From an uncultured Nitrososphaeraceae archaeon (GTDB lineage: Archaea > Thermoproteota > Nitrososphaeria > Nitrososphaerales > Nitrososphaeraceae), in NCBI GenBank assembly GCA_963728595.1, contig CAVSLF010000007.1:1-64000 (forward strand): a stretch of 64,000 bases of DNA, written 5' to 3'. The position numbers were made by a program, and so were the translations under genes. Shown piece after piece: positions 10,328-20,374 of the stretch. The notes below the pieces were generated by a model, which saw only the letters and a list, made by a program, of their open reading frames with translations, was not told the DNA's origin and made no database searches. Position 1 is the stretch's first letter. Every line of letters starts with the position of its first letter.

Positions 10328-10705
10328 TCAAATCATTACAAGATCATCTACAGATGATATCATGACAACCGCCTTATTTCCGTCAAGTGCCTTTTTCATT
10401 TTGCCCACGACCTCATTGACGTCATCAGAATTTACCACTGTCGCTATAACTTTCCTGGTATTATATGCAGGCTCAACTGTACCACTTCCTCTGCCTGAGG
10501 CAACTCTTTCCTTGTCTTTGGATACCCCCTTTACGTCATAGATTGTAGCTTCAAGGCCTTTGAGCGATGAGATTATATCACCGACATTTTCTGGTTTCAC
10601 AAGCACCGCCAGTCTCTTCATGGTTGACTTTTTTCCCGGTGCTTCTTTACCCGGCATTTCGGCGTATCTCACTTCAAACGGCAGATTCGAATTGTCTTTC
10701 GCCAT
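10328..10705 (-). CDS. P-II family nitrogen-regulatory-like protein (copy 2, intact)
   Basis: P-II pattern with a T-loop-like segment and a 28-aa N-terminal extension; lacks the canonical C-loop. Confidence 0.8.
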   Translation of the reverse strand: MAKDNSNLPFEVRYAEMPGKEAPGKKSTMKRLAVLVKPENVGDIISSLKGLEATIYDVKGVSKDKERVASGRGSGTVEPAYNTRKVIATVVNSDDVNEVVGKMKKALDGNKAVVMISSVDDLVMI

Positions 10706-11086
10706 TTTCTAAATTGTTGACGTGGAGTATAAAAACATGATGATATAGACGTCCTAGCAGTTAGAAAAATATCGCTCAGTTTTATACTATAAAGCGCCGA
10801 ATAAGATGTCAAATCCAATTGACGCGCGCTTTCATTCCTTATTCACCAAAAAGTAATTTCATATCTCTCATTACGAATTTCGGTGGCTCCCGATAATACT
10901 CCCTCCATTGACGGTTAATTATCTGTTAATACGGCCAATACTAAAAAAATGGAAATGAATAGAAGGGTTCCTTCGTTTGGAAAACTTCAAATTCCAAAGC
11001 AAACAATAAGAAGGATATTGTGTATGCCTGTCTCTATATAGACATTCGTAACTGCTGTTATATAACAGAATACATCTCTCCTAGTA

Positions 11087-11287
11087 GTGAACAATTCAAA
11101 AAAATACCGGCTCAATTTCAATATGCTTTATTATAATTATAGGACGGGATTCATCGAAAACAATGATGAAACGTACCTGACACACGCGGAAGCACTCAGG
11201 AATAAATGGAAGTGCGATAAATGTTCTGAAAAATTCCAAAATTACAGATTGGTGCACGAACATAAAAGTCAATTTCATTCCTATTAG
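11087..11287 (+). CDS. C2H2 zinc-finger protein (copy 2)
   Basis: CDKC...HKSQFH. Confidence 0.7.
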   Translation: MNNSKKYRLNFNMLYYNYRTGFIENNDETYLTHAEALRNKWKCDKCSEKFQNYRLVHEHKSQFHSY

Positions 11288-11409
11288 ATGTTAACGCTTA
11301 GTGGCTGGACAAGATCAAAGTCTTTCTTTATACTGTCAGAATCCTGAAAGTTTATTTTCCTAAACTGAGCAAAAAAGAGCATGACAAAGTTCACAAATGG
11401 GGAGAAGAG

Positions 11410-11541
11410 ATGTCAAGAAATGCTCTAGTTAAGACTTTCAAATGTGAACGCGAGTTTGTTTGGGTTCCGACGATATGGTTATTACCGAAAACGTGTCCCA
11501 AAGGTAGAATTGATTACTGGGAGACTCCCAGGAGGAAATAG
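11410..11541 (+). pseudogene. Decayed zinc-ribbon mini-protein (copy 2)
   Basis: Open 43-aa frame MSRNALVKTFKCEREFVWVPTIWLLPKTCPKGRIDYWETPRRK lacking two of four Cys. Confidence 0.6.
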
Positions 11542-11543
11542 AA

Positions 11544-11969
11544 ATGAACCGAATCATTTGCTATTACCTTTACGATAAGTCCGGAACTGAAACTGTCCGC
11601 CGGGGAGTAAAATGGATTCTTGAGACTGTCAAGCCACGTGGAGGGCTTATCGCAGTTCAAGAACGAGGAAATTTACAGGATTATGGAAGAGAAGAAGGAT
11701 TGTCATTACTTTCCTTGTTGGACAAAGCACCGCACAGGGCTACCGTAGGCGGAATACATTTTGAACTTGTTCTACCATCACAAATCCCTTTTCAAGCCAG
11801 CGGTAAACGAATGCTGGCGCTCCATCCACAAAAAGAGTATCTAGACAAACTGAACAAGATCAAAGGAATCTCTGAAATGTTTGTAATATCATTACTTAAA
11901 GAGGATATCAAAAGTTGGATTGCTTCTAGTTATGCAGTCGAATTCAGAGAACCATTAAAGAATTCTTAA
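11544..11969 (+). CDS. Hypothetical protein (copy 2, intact)
   Basis: 141-aa ORF, largely synonymous differences from copy 1. Confidence 0.7.
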   Translation: MNRIICYYLYDKSGTETVRRGVKWILETVKPRGGLIAVQERGNLQDYGREEGLSLLSLLDKAPHRATVGGIHFELVLPSQIPFQASGKRMLALHPQKEYLDKLNKIKGISEMFVISLLKEDIKSWIASSYAVEFREPLKNS

Positions 11970-12295
11970 GCAAGAAAGTGAATTGATCGGGGTAAACGAG
12001 TTGTTTTTGATTTGAGGATTCTGTCAATAGGATACAATAGATATCATAGAGGCGAGAAGCTTTATGAGAAAATTAGTTTATCATGTTCGTCCAGTATTAC
12101 CAGATTCTCTTCTGAACCAACCCAATGCGTCTAGAGGGCTCATCAGAGTTTTTTATCCAGTAAGGTTATTGGCAGAATGGATTGTTATGATTCTGCCTCC
12201 GCACAGATGATCGGATTATCAAAGTTTGACATTAGTTCGCAGGTCTCTAATTGGTTCTTTGCGTCTATACACCTCCTAGAGTAACGCTCTGGCCC

Positions 12296-12478
12296 TTAGA
12301 TGTTATTTGAATCTAAAACAATATTCTGATCTTTTATCCTCGCTTCCAGGTCATCAATCATTTCCGCCAGTGCCTGTATCTTTTTTTCTCTTTCTTCTAT
12401 TTCGGTCTTAATTGCTTCTTCTGTATGCTGCAAGGCTTCTGAATATGTCGTTTTAAATGACGGTGTTAATCTTCTCAT
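12296..12478 (-). CDS. Small coiled-coil hypothetical protein (copy 2)
   Basis: 60 aa; ATGA overlap with the upstream gene. Confidence 0.6.
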   Translation of the reverse strand: MRRLTPSFKTTYSEALQHTEEAIKTEIEEREKKIQALAEMIDDLEARIKDQNIVLDSNNI

Positions 12479-12819
12479 TTTACTTTACCAGCATCCCAAA
12501 CGACAAATTGAATTCTTTCCAAATTATCTCTATTATCATAGTGTACCTGATCCATTTCTATTGACCAGCGATAGCATGAAAGAACTATTTTTTCTCCTTC
12601 AATTTTGCATTCTATCAGATACAACAATTCATTTACAGTCATCTTGGGATATCTCTCCATAAGGCGTAGAATTTGTTTCGCGAGTTCTATCTTATTTTGC
12701 ATTGAACCGTTAAACGTCATAGAATGAACGGGGTGTATTCTTTTCTCTGTGGCTTTAATTTCGTCTAACAGCCCTTTTTGTACATTTTCAAATGTATGGT
12801 CCCAGGTAACTTTCTGCAT
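12475..12819 (-). CDS. Hypothetical protein (copy 2)
   Basis: 114 aa, conserved with copy 1. Confidence 0.6.
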   Translation of the reverse strand: MQKVTWDHTFENVQKGLLDEIKATEKRIHPVHSMTFNGSMQNKIELAKQILRLMERYPKMTVNELLYLIECKIEGEKIVLSCYRWSIEMDQVHYDNRDNLERIQFVVWDAGKVK

Positions 12820-12883
12820 ATTTTAAGAAAATCTACTTGCAAGATATAATCAATAGACTACTGTAAGGACAGGGACTCCCTAG

Positions 12884-13213
12884 TCATTCTTGGCCCTTTT
12901 TCTCAATCATGGAGTCAATCTTTTCCTCCAAACTGAGTATTTCATTCAGAATTTTTTCGTGATGTTTTTGAAACACTTCGATGGACTCTAACATTTTCTC
13001 ATGACTCTCCCCTAAAGCTTGAAGACGTTTTTGAACCTCATCCTGTTTCTTGGAAGTCTTCTTCTGAGCGTGATAAATCCACCAACTTATTAATAGACCG
13101 ACGATTACTCCGATTACAATACTGAGGTATGTGCTCGATGCATTGGTCATATCAACACAATCTTTGGTTAGTTCAGGCATACATCCCCATATTGCAAGAA
13201 TTTGAATTAACAA
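12884..13213 (-). CDS. Single-TM coiled-coil membrane protein (copy 2, intact)
   Basis: TM YLSIVIGVIVGLLISWWIY followed by a charged coiled coil. Confidence 0.7.
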   Translation of the reverse strand: MLIQILAIWGCMPELTKDCVDMTNASSTYLSIVIGVIVGLLISWWIYHAQKKTSKKQDEVQKRLQALGESHEKMLESIEVFQKHHEKILNEILSLEEKIDSMIEKKGQE

Positions 13214-13477
13214 TGGTGGTGTATGGTAGCAGACAGAAATAAATGATTCACGTTTTTGGATACTAGTACCTTGTGTTCGAAATCCTATTTTATAGATTCC
13301 ATAGTTGTTAGTGAAATCGCCAGTGATGGAATAAGATAAGTATCATTCTCTATAGTGCGTAATGGTATGGCCAGACTACTTGGTCATTCAGGTCGATAGT
13401 CATATCGGCATTCTAGCCACGCTCCTTCATTTAGTGCTCACGAGTTATCAATGATGCACATGAACCCCGTTAGTTAA

Positions 13478-13550
13478 TGGACTGGGCGGGATTTGAACCC
13501 GCGACCTTTCGGTTGCGAACCGAACATTACTACCCCTGAACTACCAGCCC
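13478..13550 (-). tRNA. tRNA-Ala(CGC)
   Basis: GGGCTGGTAGTTCAGGGGTAGTAATGTTCGGTTCGCAACCGAAAGGTCGCGGGTTCAAATCCCGCCCAGTCCA: acceptor stem with G3:U70, anticodon stem TTCGG/CCGAA around CGC, T-loop GTTCAAATC, CCA not encoded. Confidence 0.93.
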
Positions 13551-13578
13551 TTCAATGCGTGTAGCGGTCAAAGCCCTG

Positions 13579-13586
13579 ATATAAAA
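13579..13586 (-). promoter_or_regulatory. TATA box of tRNA-Ala
   Basis: TTTTATAT on the minus strand ~30 nt upstream of the tRNA 5' end. Confidence 0.55.
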
Positions 13587-13892
13587 TTTGGTGCTGATAG
13601 AAAAACTGCAGATCATAGTATCGAACGCTCTTGCTGTAACTACTGATTGTATTTTATCTGACAAAGAATATCCCCTAATAAAAAACAACTAAACCGGTAG
13701 ATTTAGCATTGTCATTTACTTGGCGACGTACCTTGAGAACAATATTCGCTAACTTTCCGGTCCATAATTAGAATACCCCTATCCATCCCTACCAATAGTA
13801 CATCTCACCTTCAAAATAAGTGTCCCGATATTAAGTTAGATTGGCTGATTACTTTTATTACAGGCAACATATCTTGATCTTAATTTTCCCTG

Positions 13893-15152
13893 TCACCACG
13901 GTACTTCTTTTCTAAATAACCATTGGACATACGAAAACATTCTAATCAGCCCATATAATGGTCTATAAATAAGAACAATAAATGGCATCAGGTAAACATA
14001 TCTAAGATCACTTTTACGTGGGGAAAAAAGCGCAGCTGTAACAATTACGATTAATTCACTTACAAAATAAACTAGTGTTATCAAGATAATGATATAAGCT
14101 ATATTTTGAGAAAAATTAAATGCTAACCAGGCCATTGAGAAAATCCTCGCAAAAAGAAGGATAACATCCATAAAAAGCATGTCAAAAACCCCCAGGATAA
14201 GTAATGGCTTATAGGTCGTTCTCGATGTCAAGATATTGTGATGTTTTACCAACGTTTCTATTTGGCCATGTGACCATCGTATTCTTTGCCTAAGCCAACC
14301 TTTCCAAGTATAAGGACAGTAAGTCCAACAAACAGCTGTAGGAATGAAAGTGACCTTTCCACCAGTTTTGAAAATCTTAAGCGTCAAGTCGAAATCCTCA
14401 GTAATTGTATCTTTGTCATAGAGGCCTATCTTTTTTCCCAGTTCTTTAGTGAGAACGCTAAACGTACCTGGTATCACTACCAAGATGTTTAACATGAGCC
14501 TCAACCTTCTCCCTAATTCAAACGCAATTAGATACTCGTAGGACTGACATTTGGTTAGCAAATTAGTAACATCATTATCGCCGCTTATGACCCTAACATC
14601 CCCAGCGCCAGCAACAACATCGGGCAGGGACATGTACTTTACTACCTCAATAATTGAATCCCTCTCAAGTATTGAATCGGCGTCAACAATAACCAGTATC
14701 TCTCCGGTAGCAAATGTGATACCGAAGTTTATTGCCGATGCTCTTGACCCCTTGCTCCCCATTCGTTGTAGAAGCTTAATCTCTCCACGTCTATGATAAG
14801 GATAGGCTTGTTTGAATGTATCATCGGTTGAATGGTCGTCCACAACTATTATTTCCTTATTGCGGTATGGATTTTCCAAACATGAATTGATGATTTTTCT
14901 TACAGTAGACGATTCATTGTGTGTTGGAACTATTATGCTCACTTTAGGGGACCTTGATGTCTCGCTGTATCTGAAACGAATCGGTAAATGACGAGACTTA
15001 AGATAATGTACTCCCAGTAATATCGGTTTACCCACGTTTTTGACCAGATCTATTGACATCACGGCCATCATACCGATAATTTCTATAAACGAAATAGAAT
15101 ACAGCCAGGGCAAGAAGCCTGAAACAAATGCCTGGAAATCAAAAAAAATCAA
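13893..15152 (-). CDS. Processive GT2 glycosyltransferase A (PgaC/IcaA/NodC/chitin-hyaluronan synthase-like)
   Basis: VVDDHSTD, VDAD, KCQSYEY, TITEDFD, QRIRW motifs; N-terminal and several C-terminal TM helices. Confidence 0.9.
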   Translation of the reverse strand: MIFFDFQAFVSGFLPWLYSISFIEIIGMMAVMSIDLVKNVGKPILLGVHYLKSRHLPIRFRYSETSRSPKVSIIVPTHNESSTVRKIINSCLENPYRNKEIIVVDDHSTDDTFKQAYPYHRRGEIKLLQRMGSKGSRASAINFGITFATGEILVIVDADSILERDSIIEVVKYMSLPDVVAGAGDVRVISGDNDVTNLLTKCQSYEYLIAFELGRRLRLMLNILVVIPGTFSVLTKELGKKIGLYDKDTITEDFDLTLKIFKTGGKVTFIPTAVCWTYCPYTWKGWLRQRIRWSHGQIETLVKHHNILTSRTTYKPLLILGVFDMLFMDVILLFARIFSMAWLAFNFSQNIAYIIILITLVYFVSELIVIVTAALFSPRKSDLRYVYLMPFIVLIYRPLYGLIRMFSYVQWLFRKEVPW

Positions 15153-15377
15153 TTAGGTGTCTTCTGAGCTCCAGGCATTTGTCAGCCATTCTTTCAATAC
15201 AACTTGAAGAGTATAGTAAAGTGCAGATTGCAGGTTCTCGATAGGACAGTCTAAACTATAGACCTTTAGATTTTTTACAGTTAATTCCTTAACATTTTGT
15301 ATAATTCTACATGACAGGATTGATAAGCCTGTTCTTAGTTCATTAGTTTCTAGTTTTTGTTTGATCAATTTGTTCAT
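15153..15377 (-). CDS. Hypothetical protein between glmS and GT2-A
   Basis: 74-aa ORF whose stop abuts the GT2-A start; no recognisable motif. Confidence 0.35.
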   Translation of the reverse strand: MNKLIKQKLETNELRTGLSILSCRIIQNVKELTVKNLKVYSLDCPIENLQSALYYTLQVVLKEWLTNAWSSEDT

Positions 15378-15505
15378 CCTTACTCATTGTCTTTACTTAT
15401 TGTTGTACCTTGCAATGATAACGAATCATTCTCCAAGAGGATAGAGAGTAAGTATCGTTGTTCATTGACTACAGAATATTTCACAATATCACCGTATGCT
15501 CAATC

Positions 15506-17274
15506 TTATTTTACAGTCACAGATTTAGCAAGGTTGCGGGGATAATCTGGATCTATATTATTATAGAGCGCTAGAAAGTATGCCAATAGTTGCAAAGGGA
15601 TAATTTCAATAAAAGGTAATAACGATTCTCTGATAACTGGTATGGCGATACAGTAATCATATGTCGGATCGCATTTGCTCGTTATGCTGATTACTTTAGC
15701 TCCCCTCGATTTTAGTACACTGGCATTGGAAACCGTATCGGTATATGTTGAATCATTAGGATTCAGAACAACCACAACACTGTTTTTGTCGATTAAGGCC
15801 AGAGGCCCGTGTTTCATCTCTCCTGCTGCCATTCCTTCCGCGTGAATATAAGCAAGTTCTTTGATCTTTAATGCGCCTTCGAGACATATCGGTAGGTGTA
15901 TTGACCGGCCCAGGATGTAGATATCTTTCGCACCCTTCACCTCTTTCGCTACCTCAGCAATTCTCGTTTCCAATCGCAGAGTTTCTTCGACCGCTGTCGA
16001 AAGTTCTGGCATATCTGTTGCAATCCCTGTTAAGTTACTTCCCATAGTATCAGATATATAATACAACACGGCTAACTGGCTGGTAAAACTCTTGGTTGCT
16101 CGCTACTCCTACCTCCGGTCCACATTTTACCTCAAGAAAGCAATCACTAAGTCTAGCAAGTGAGGAAGTAGAGACGTTAACAATTGAAAGTACATGTCAC
16201 TCCTTTCTCTTTCGCCTTTTTGACAGACTGAAGGACATCGGCAGTTTCACCACTTTGAGAGATAGCAATGAGAACTGAATTTTCATCAAGTAATTCAGAA
16301 GAATACTGGAATTCGCTGGACATGATTGCTTCTACACGAATCTTTGAGTATCTATACAGGATGTGTTTGGCTAATAACGCCGAATGGTAACTAGTGCCAG
16401 AACCGGTAATAAATACATCCTTCCCTCCTTTCAGCGAGTTACAGAATTTTTCAACCTTCTCTTTATTTTGTTGAGTACTTTTGTTGATCGTGTATTTTTG
16501 CTCATGGATTTCCTTTAGGGTATAATGCGCATAGAGGCCCTTATCGGTATCGCCAAGTTCCTTTGCAACTTTGGTCGGTATTCGTACAACATCACGTCCT
16601 TCAAAGTCAAAAAGGGAAAGAGTATTTCCTTTTAACATGACTATATCCCTATTGTCAAGGAATATTGCATTATCAGTGTACTTTAGAAAACCCAAAACAT
16701 CGCTGGAAATAAAGTATCCATCATTAGTGATTCCGACTATGAGAGGTTCATCGTATCTCGCCCCGCAAAGAGTGGAGTCATCAAATACTGCAACAAAAGC
16801 AAACGAACCTTTTAGTCGATTACATGTATTTATCATAGCCTCCTTAGCATCGTTCTTTAATGACCAATAGTGTTCTAAAAGGTGTGCGATTACCTCGCTA
16901 TCAGTTTCGCTCCTAAAAACGTGACCCTGATTTGATAACTCTTCTTTTAGTCCTTGATAATTTTCAATTATGCCGTTATGTACTACGACAACCCCAACTT
17001 TGCATCCAAAATGAGGATGAGCGTTAGTAACAGTTACAGCACCATGTGTGGCCCATCTTGTATGTCCTATTCCCACTTCGCCAATCATTTCTTTTAGATT
17101 TAGGGATGCATTCACTTGTGCGACTTTACCCACCCCTTTTTTTATCAGCAATTTTCCATCATTGAGAGTAGCGATTCCAACGCTGTCATAGCCTCTATAT
17201 TCCATTCTTCCGAGCCCGTCAACCAAAAGTGGGGCTGCACTTGAACTGCCCAAATATCCTATTATCGAGCACAA
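15506..17274 (-). CDS. glmS: Glutamine--fructose-6-phosphate transaminase (isomerizing), two frameshifts (~16195, ~16100)
   Basis: N-terminal C1 (MCSIIG), EYRGYDS, GHTRWATHG, HNGIIEN, ISQSGETAD, EGALKIKE, KHGP, C-terminal PRNLAKSVTVK. Confidence 0.95.
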
Positions 17275-17981
17275 GTTGATCTAATATCTCGCAAAATCCT
17301 TGGCAATAATAAAGTCCATACAATCTGCTTATAACATCCCATATCAAAATCTAAAGATCCCAAGAAACCACGATTTAGCTCAATGATCAGAAACATATAT
17401 CACCCCTTCGGTTCGTCAAGAGTATAGTGGGCATTGGAAACCAATATAACATACTAGAATAATTGGTTTACACTTAAGCATTTTGTTCTGCATCAAACAA
17501 TGAGTATTAGGCCGAGGTTATCGATGGTGTTCTGTGTGGATCAGAAGTGACTAGCATTACAGATAACATACCTTGTCCTTCTATTAATGAAACATGTCCA
17601 GAATCGTTTTTTTAATGAATAATTTAACCAAATATCCCTTAATAGAGACAAAACAGAGCAGAGTTCCGATAACAGGATGCCAATATTGGTTTAAAATAGA
17701 TGCGTCAAGGGTGGTCAGAAGCTTTTTTTTATGCTTACATCATGGGCGGAAGATTCAGTAATTTTGGTGTCGGTCTCAGACAAGAATCATAAATAGAGTT
17801 CTTTCAAATATAATCTAAAGAGGAAAATATGCCCTATCGCCTATTGGGAGAAATAAGTGATGAATATGTATTTCCCTTTTTCTACCACACTGTAGCGTTT
17901 ATACTGGATCTTCACCAATAACGAGACCGAAGTGAATAAGACGATCAGTGTTTTATATGGGATATTCTCGAATAGTGATAT

Positions 17982-18338
17982 TTAACCCACGAATTTGTTA
18001 ATGGATGATTGCAATTCTTCTATTGAAATGGGTTTCCTAATTATACCCTTGGCACCATGGGTAAGTAATTCCTCTTCGTTTATGTTGGAAGCAGTGAAAA
18101 AAACTATGTTTCTTAAGACGAGCAGGTTATCTTTCTTCAGTTCGTCTATGACATCAAGGCCAGTAAAGTCAGGCATTGCTATATCCAATAGGATTAGGTC
18201 GAAATCCTCCCGTTCTCTAATGATTTGGAGAGCTTCTCTTCCATCATTGGTAACAGTGCAGGAAATATCAATACTATCAAGATAGAATGAGACAGCTTCC
18301 GTAATTTCCTTATTATCGTCCACCACCAAGATTTTCAT
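17982..18338 (-). CDS. Single-domain response regulator (REC 1)
   Basis: KILVVDD, DLILLDIAMP, FFTAS, IIRKP; all catalytic residues present. Confidence 0.93.
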   Translation of the reverse strand: MKILVVDDNKEITEAVSFYLDSIDISCTVTNDGREALQIIREREDFDLILLDIAMPDFTGLDVIDELKKDNLLVLRNIVFFTASNINEEELLTHGAKGIIRKPISIEELQSSINKFVG

Positions 18339-18373
18339 TTAAGATTTAGTCTCCATGAGTAACACAATCATCA

Positions 18374-20374
18374 TTATTTAATATTATTTGTTTGTTGGCT
18401 TTCTGTCCTGGCAATAGGGAGAGTGAATTTGATCGAAGCACCATTATTATGTTCTAAATCAACCCATATTGTTCCGCCGTGTGCTTCTACAATCCCTCGT
18501 GATATAGCCAAACCTAATCCCGTACCTCCATGTTTCCGAGTCAGGGTTGTGTCAATTTGATAAAATTTTTTGAAAAGGTTCTCGGCCTTATCGCGTGGAA
18601 TACCCGACCCGTTATCTTCCACAGTAATTACTACTTGGCCTGCACTATCATGATCCTGTTTGAATTTATCGTTAACTCTTTCATTATCAATTAATTCAAC
18701 CCTTATTGTGATTCTTCCAACTTTGTCCTCTACAAAATCTACCGAATTCCTTACCAGGTTACCAATTACTTGTGCGATCCTTCTCGAATCACATAGTACT
18801 TTAATTCTTTCACACGTCGGCTTTACTTCGGCCTTAAAATTAATTCCTTTATCTTTCATCAAAGGCCTTAGCTCAGAAATATTCTCATTGATGATGTCTC
18901 CCACCGCAATTTCCTTCTTCTTTAAGCTCATTTTTCCAATATCAAGTTTGTATACGTCAAGTACATCATTTATGAGTCCTTCTAGCCTTGAAATGCTTTT
19001 ATGAACAGCCAGAATTGCCTTTTTCTGCTTATCATTTAGATTTCCCAGTGATTTAGACGTGAGAAGAATTTCAGTGTAGATTTTTGCAGGTGTTATCGGA
19101 GTCTTGAGCTCGTGGCTCACCATCATTATGAATTCTTCTTTTGCCTTGTCCGACAAGATCAGAGATTGATTTAAAGTTTCAAGTCTATTTTTCGATTCGG
19201 TCAGATCCTTATTCATCTGTACTAACTGACCAGTTTTGTGATCCACCAAATCATTCAAGTGCTTGTTAGTTTCTGTAATTCTAGTCCGCATTATGTCCAA
19301 AGCATAAGATAAGTCCCCGAGCTCATCCCTTGAAAAAGTTGGGATCGGGGTATCATAATTTCCCTCACTTAATTGTAATGCCAAGGCTCGTAGTCTGGTT
19401 ATAGGAGTAGTAAGTCGGTTCGAAAAAAGAAGGATTAGGATCAATGCGATGACCAGTATTATGCCGGCCGCGATAATGAAATCGTAAATAGTTCTTTGGA
19501 GGACCGCAAACGCGTCTTTAGTTGATTCGGACAATATTAGAAACCAACCGCTGCCCTTATAGTCCAGGTAACCCTGACCTTGACTAATGCCCAAATATAT
19601 GGATTCTCCATACCGACTAGTGGACTCTATTGTGACTGGAACCCCTCGTTTGTCTATGTCATCAGTTCTCGAATTGTTCGTCAAGGTTTTAAAAATTGCG
19701 AGATCGCTTAAATTATCGTGGAGCATTGACTTTCTGTCGTGATCAGAATAAATAACTAGACCATTATTGGCAATTAGATCTAGCCTGATAGGATTAACAT
19801 TCTCCACGCCGGTGACAGGAGTTCTAAAAATATCGTTTAGTTTTGAAACTGGAAAACGTGTTGCAATTACGCCAGAAATTTCACCGTTTTGAGTATACAG
19901 TGGTGCCGAAAAATGAATTACATACTGTGATAAGGACTCGGACATGACTGGGATCTTATCATAATAGACCTGCCCACTAACAGCATGAGTGAAAAATGGC
20001 TTTTGAGATTCATTTGATCCGATGTAAAGGCTTCTTGTATCCCCAATCTTGATACCATCTTTGTCGTATAAAGACATGGATGCGTAGCTCTTGTAGGCTC
20101 TTTCTGCCGATCTCAAAAAATTGACTTTTTGAATGAGATTTATGTCTGGATTTGAGAGTAGGTTGCTGCCAGAGAGGAACTTTATATCAGCTATTCTCTC
20201 GAACATCAATCTTGAAGTCTTATCTACAATGTTATCGCCTGTTGATTTTAGCTTATCTATTATTTCATTTTTTGTGGCAACAAAAAAGTTATTCAGAGCA
20301 ATGGCAGAAATGGACAGTATTGAAACTATAACAACGGGTAGAACCACAAGCAGAATTTTATGCCTGATCCTCAC
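18374..20374 (-). CDS. Membrane sensor histidine kinase 1 (Cache-type sensor, HAMP, HisKA, HATPase)
   Basis: Two TM helices flanking a ~270-aa extracellular domain, HAMP (TPITRL...DELGDL), SHELKTP, NLVRNS, EDNGSG, GGTGLGL. Confidence 0.92.
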   Translation of the reverse strand: MRIRHKILLVVLPVVIVSILSISAIALNNFFVATKNEIIDKLKSTGDNIVDKTSRLMFERIADIKFLSGSNLLSNPDINLIQKVNFLRSAERAYKSYASMSLYDKDGIKIGDTRSLYIGSNESQKPFFTHAVSGQVYYDKIPVMSESLSQYVIHFSAPLYTQNGEISGVIATRFPVSKLNDIFRTPVTGVENVNPIRLDLIANNGLVIYSDHDRKSMLHDNLSDLAIFKTLTNNSRTDDIDKRGVPVTIESTSRYGESIYLGISQGQGYLDYKGSGWFLILSESTKDAFAVLQRTIYDFIIAAGIILVIALILILLFSNRLTTPITRLRALALQLSEGNYDTPIPTFSRDELGDLSYALDIMRTRITETNKHLNDLVDHKTGQLVQMNKDLTESKNRLETLNQSLILSDKAKEEFIMMVSHELKTPITPAKIYTEILLTSKSLGNLNDKQKKAILAVHKSISRLEGLINDVLDVYKLDIGKMSLKKKEIAVGDIINENISELRPLMKDKGINFKAEVKPTCERIKVLCDSRRIAQVIGNLVRNSVDFVEDKVGRITIRVELIDNERVNDKFKQDHDSAGQVVITVEDNGSGIPRDKAENLFKKFYQIDTTLTRKHGGTGLGLAISRGIVEAHGGTIWVDLEHNNGASIKFTLPIARTESQQTNNIK

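Larger units (their letters stand above)
9884..13251. repeat. Tandem duplication unit 2 (~3.37 kb)
   Basis: Junction ...aaatgattcac|tttgaaagattcc at 9883/9884; ends aaatgattcac at 13251. Confidence 0.95.

Noticed and set aside
5300..13550. Integrated mobile element or provirus at tRNA-Ala
   Set aside because: No integrase, transposase or capsid gene, and no second copy of the tRNA 3' end was found by eye; only the position is suggestive
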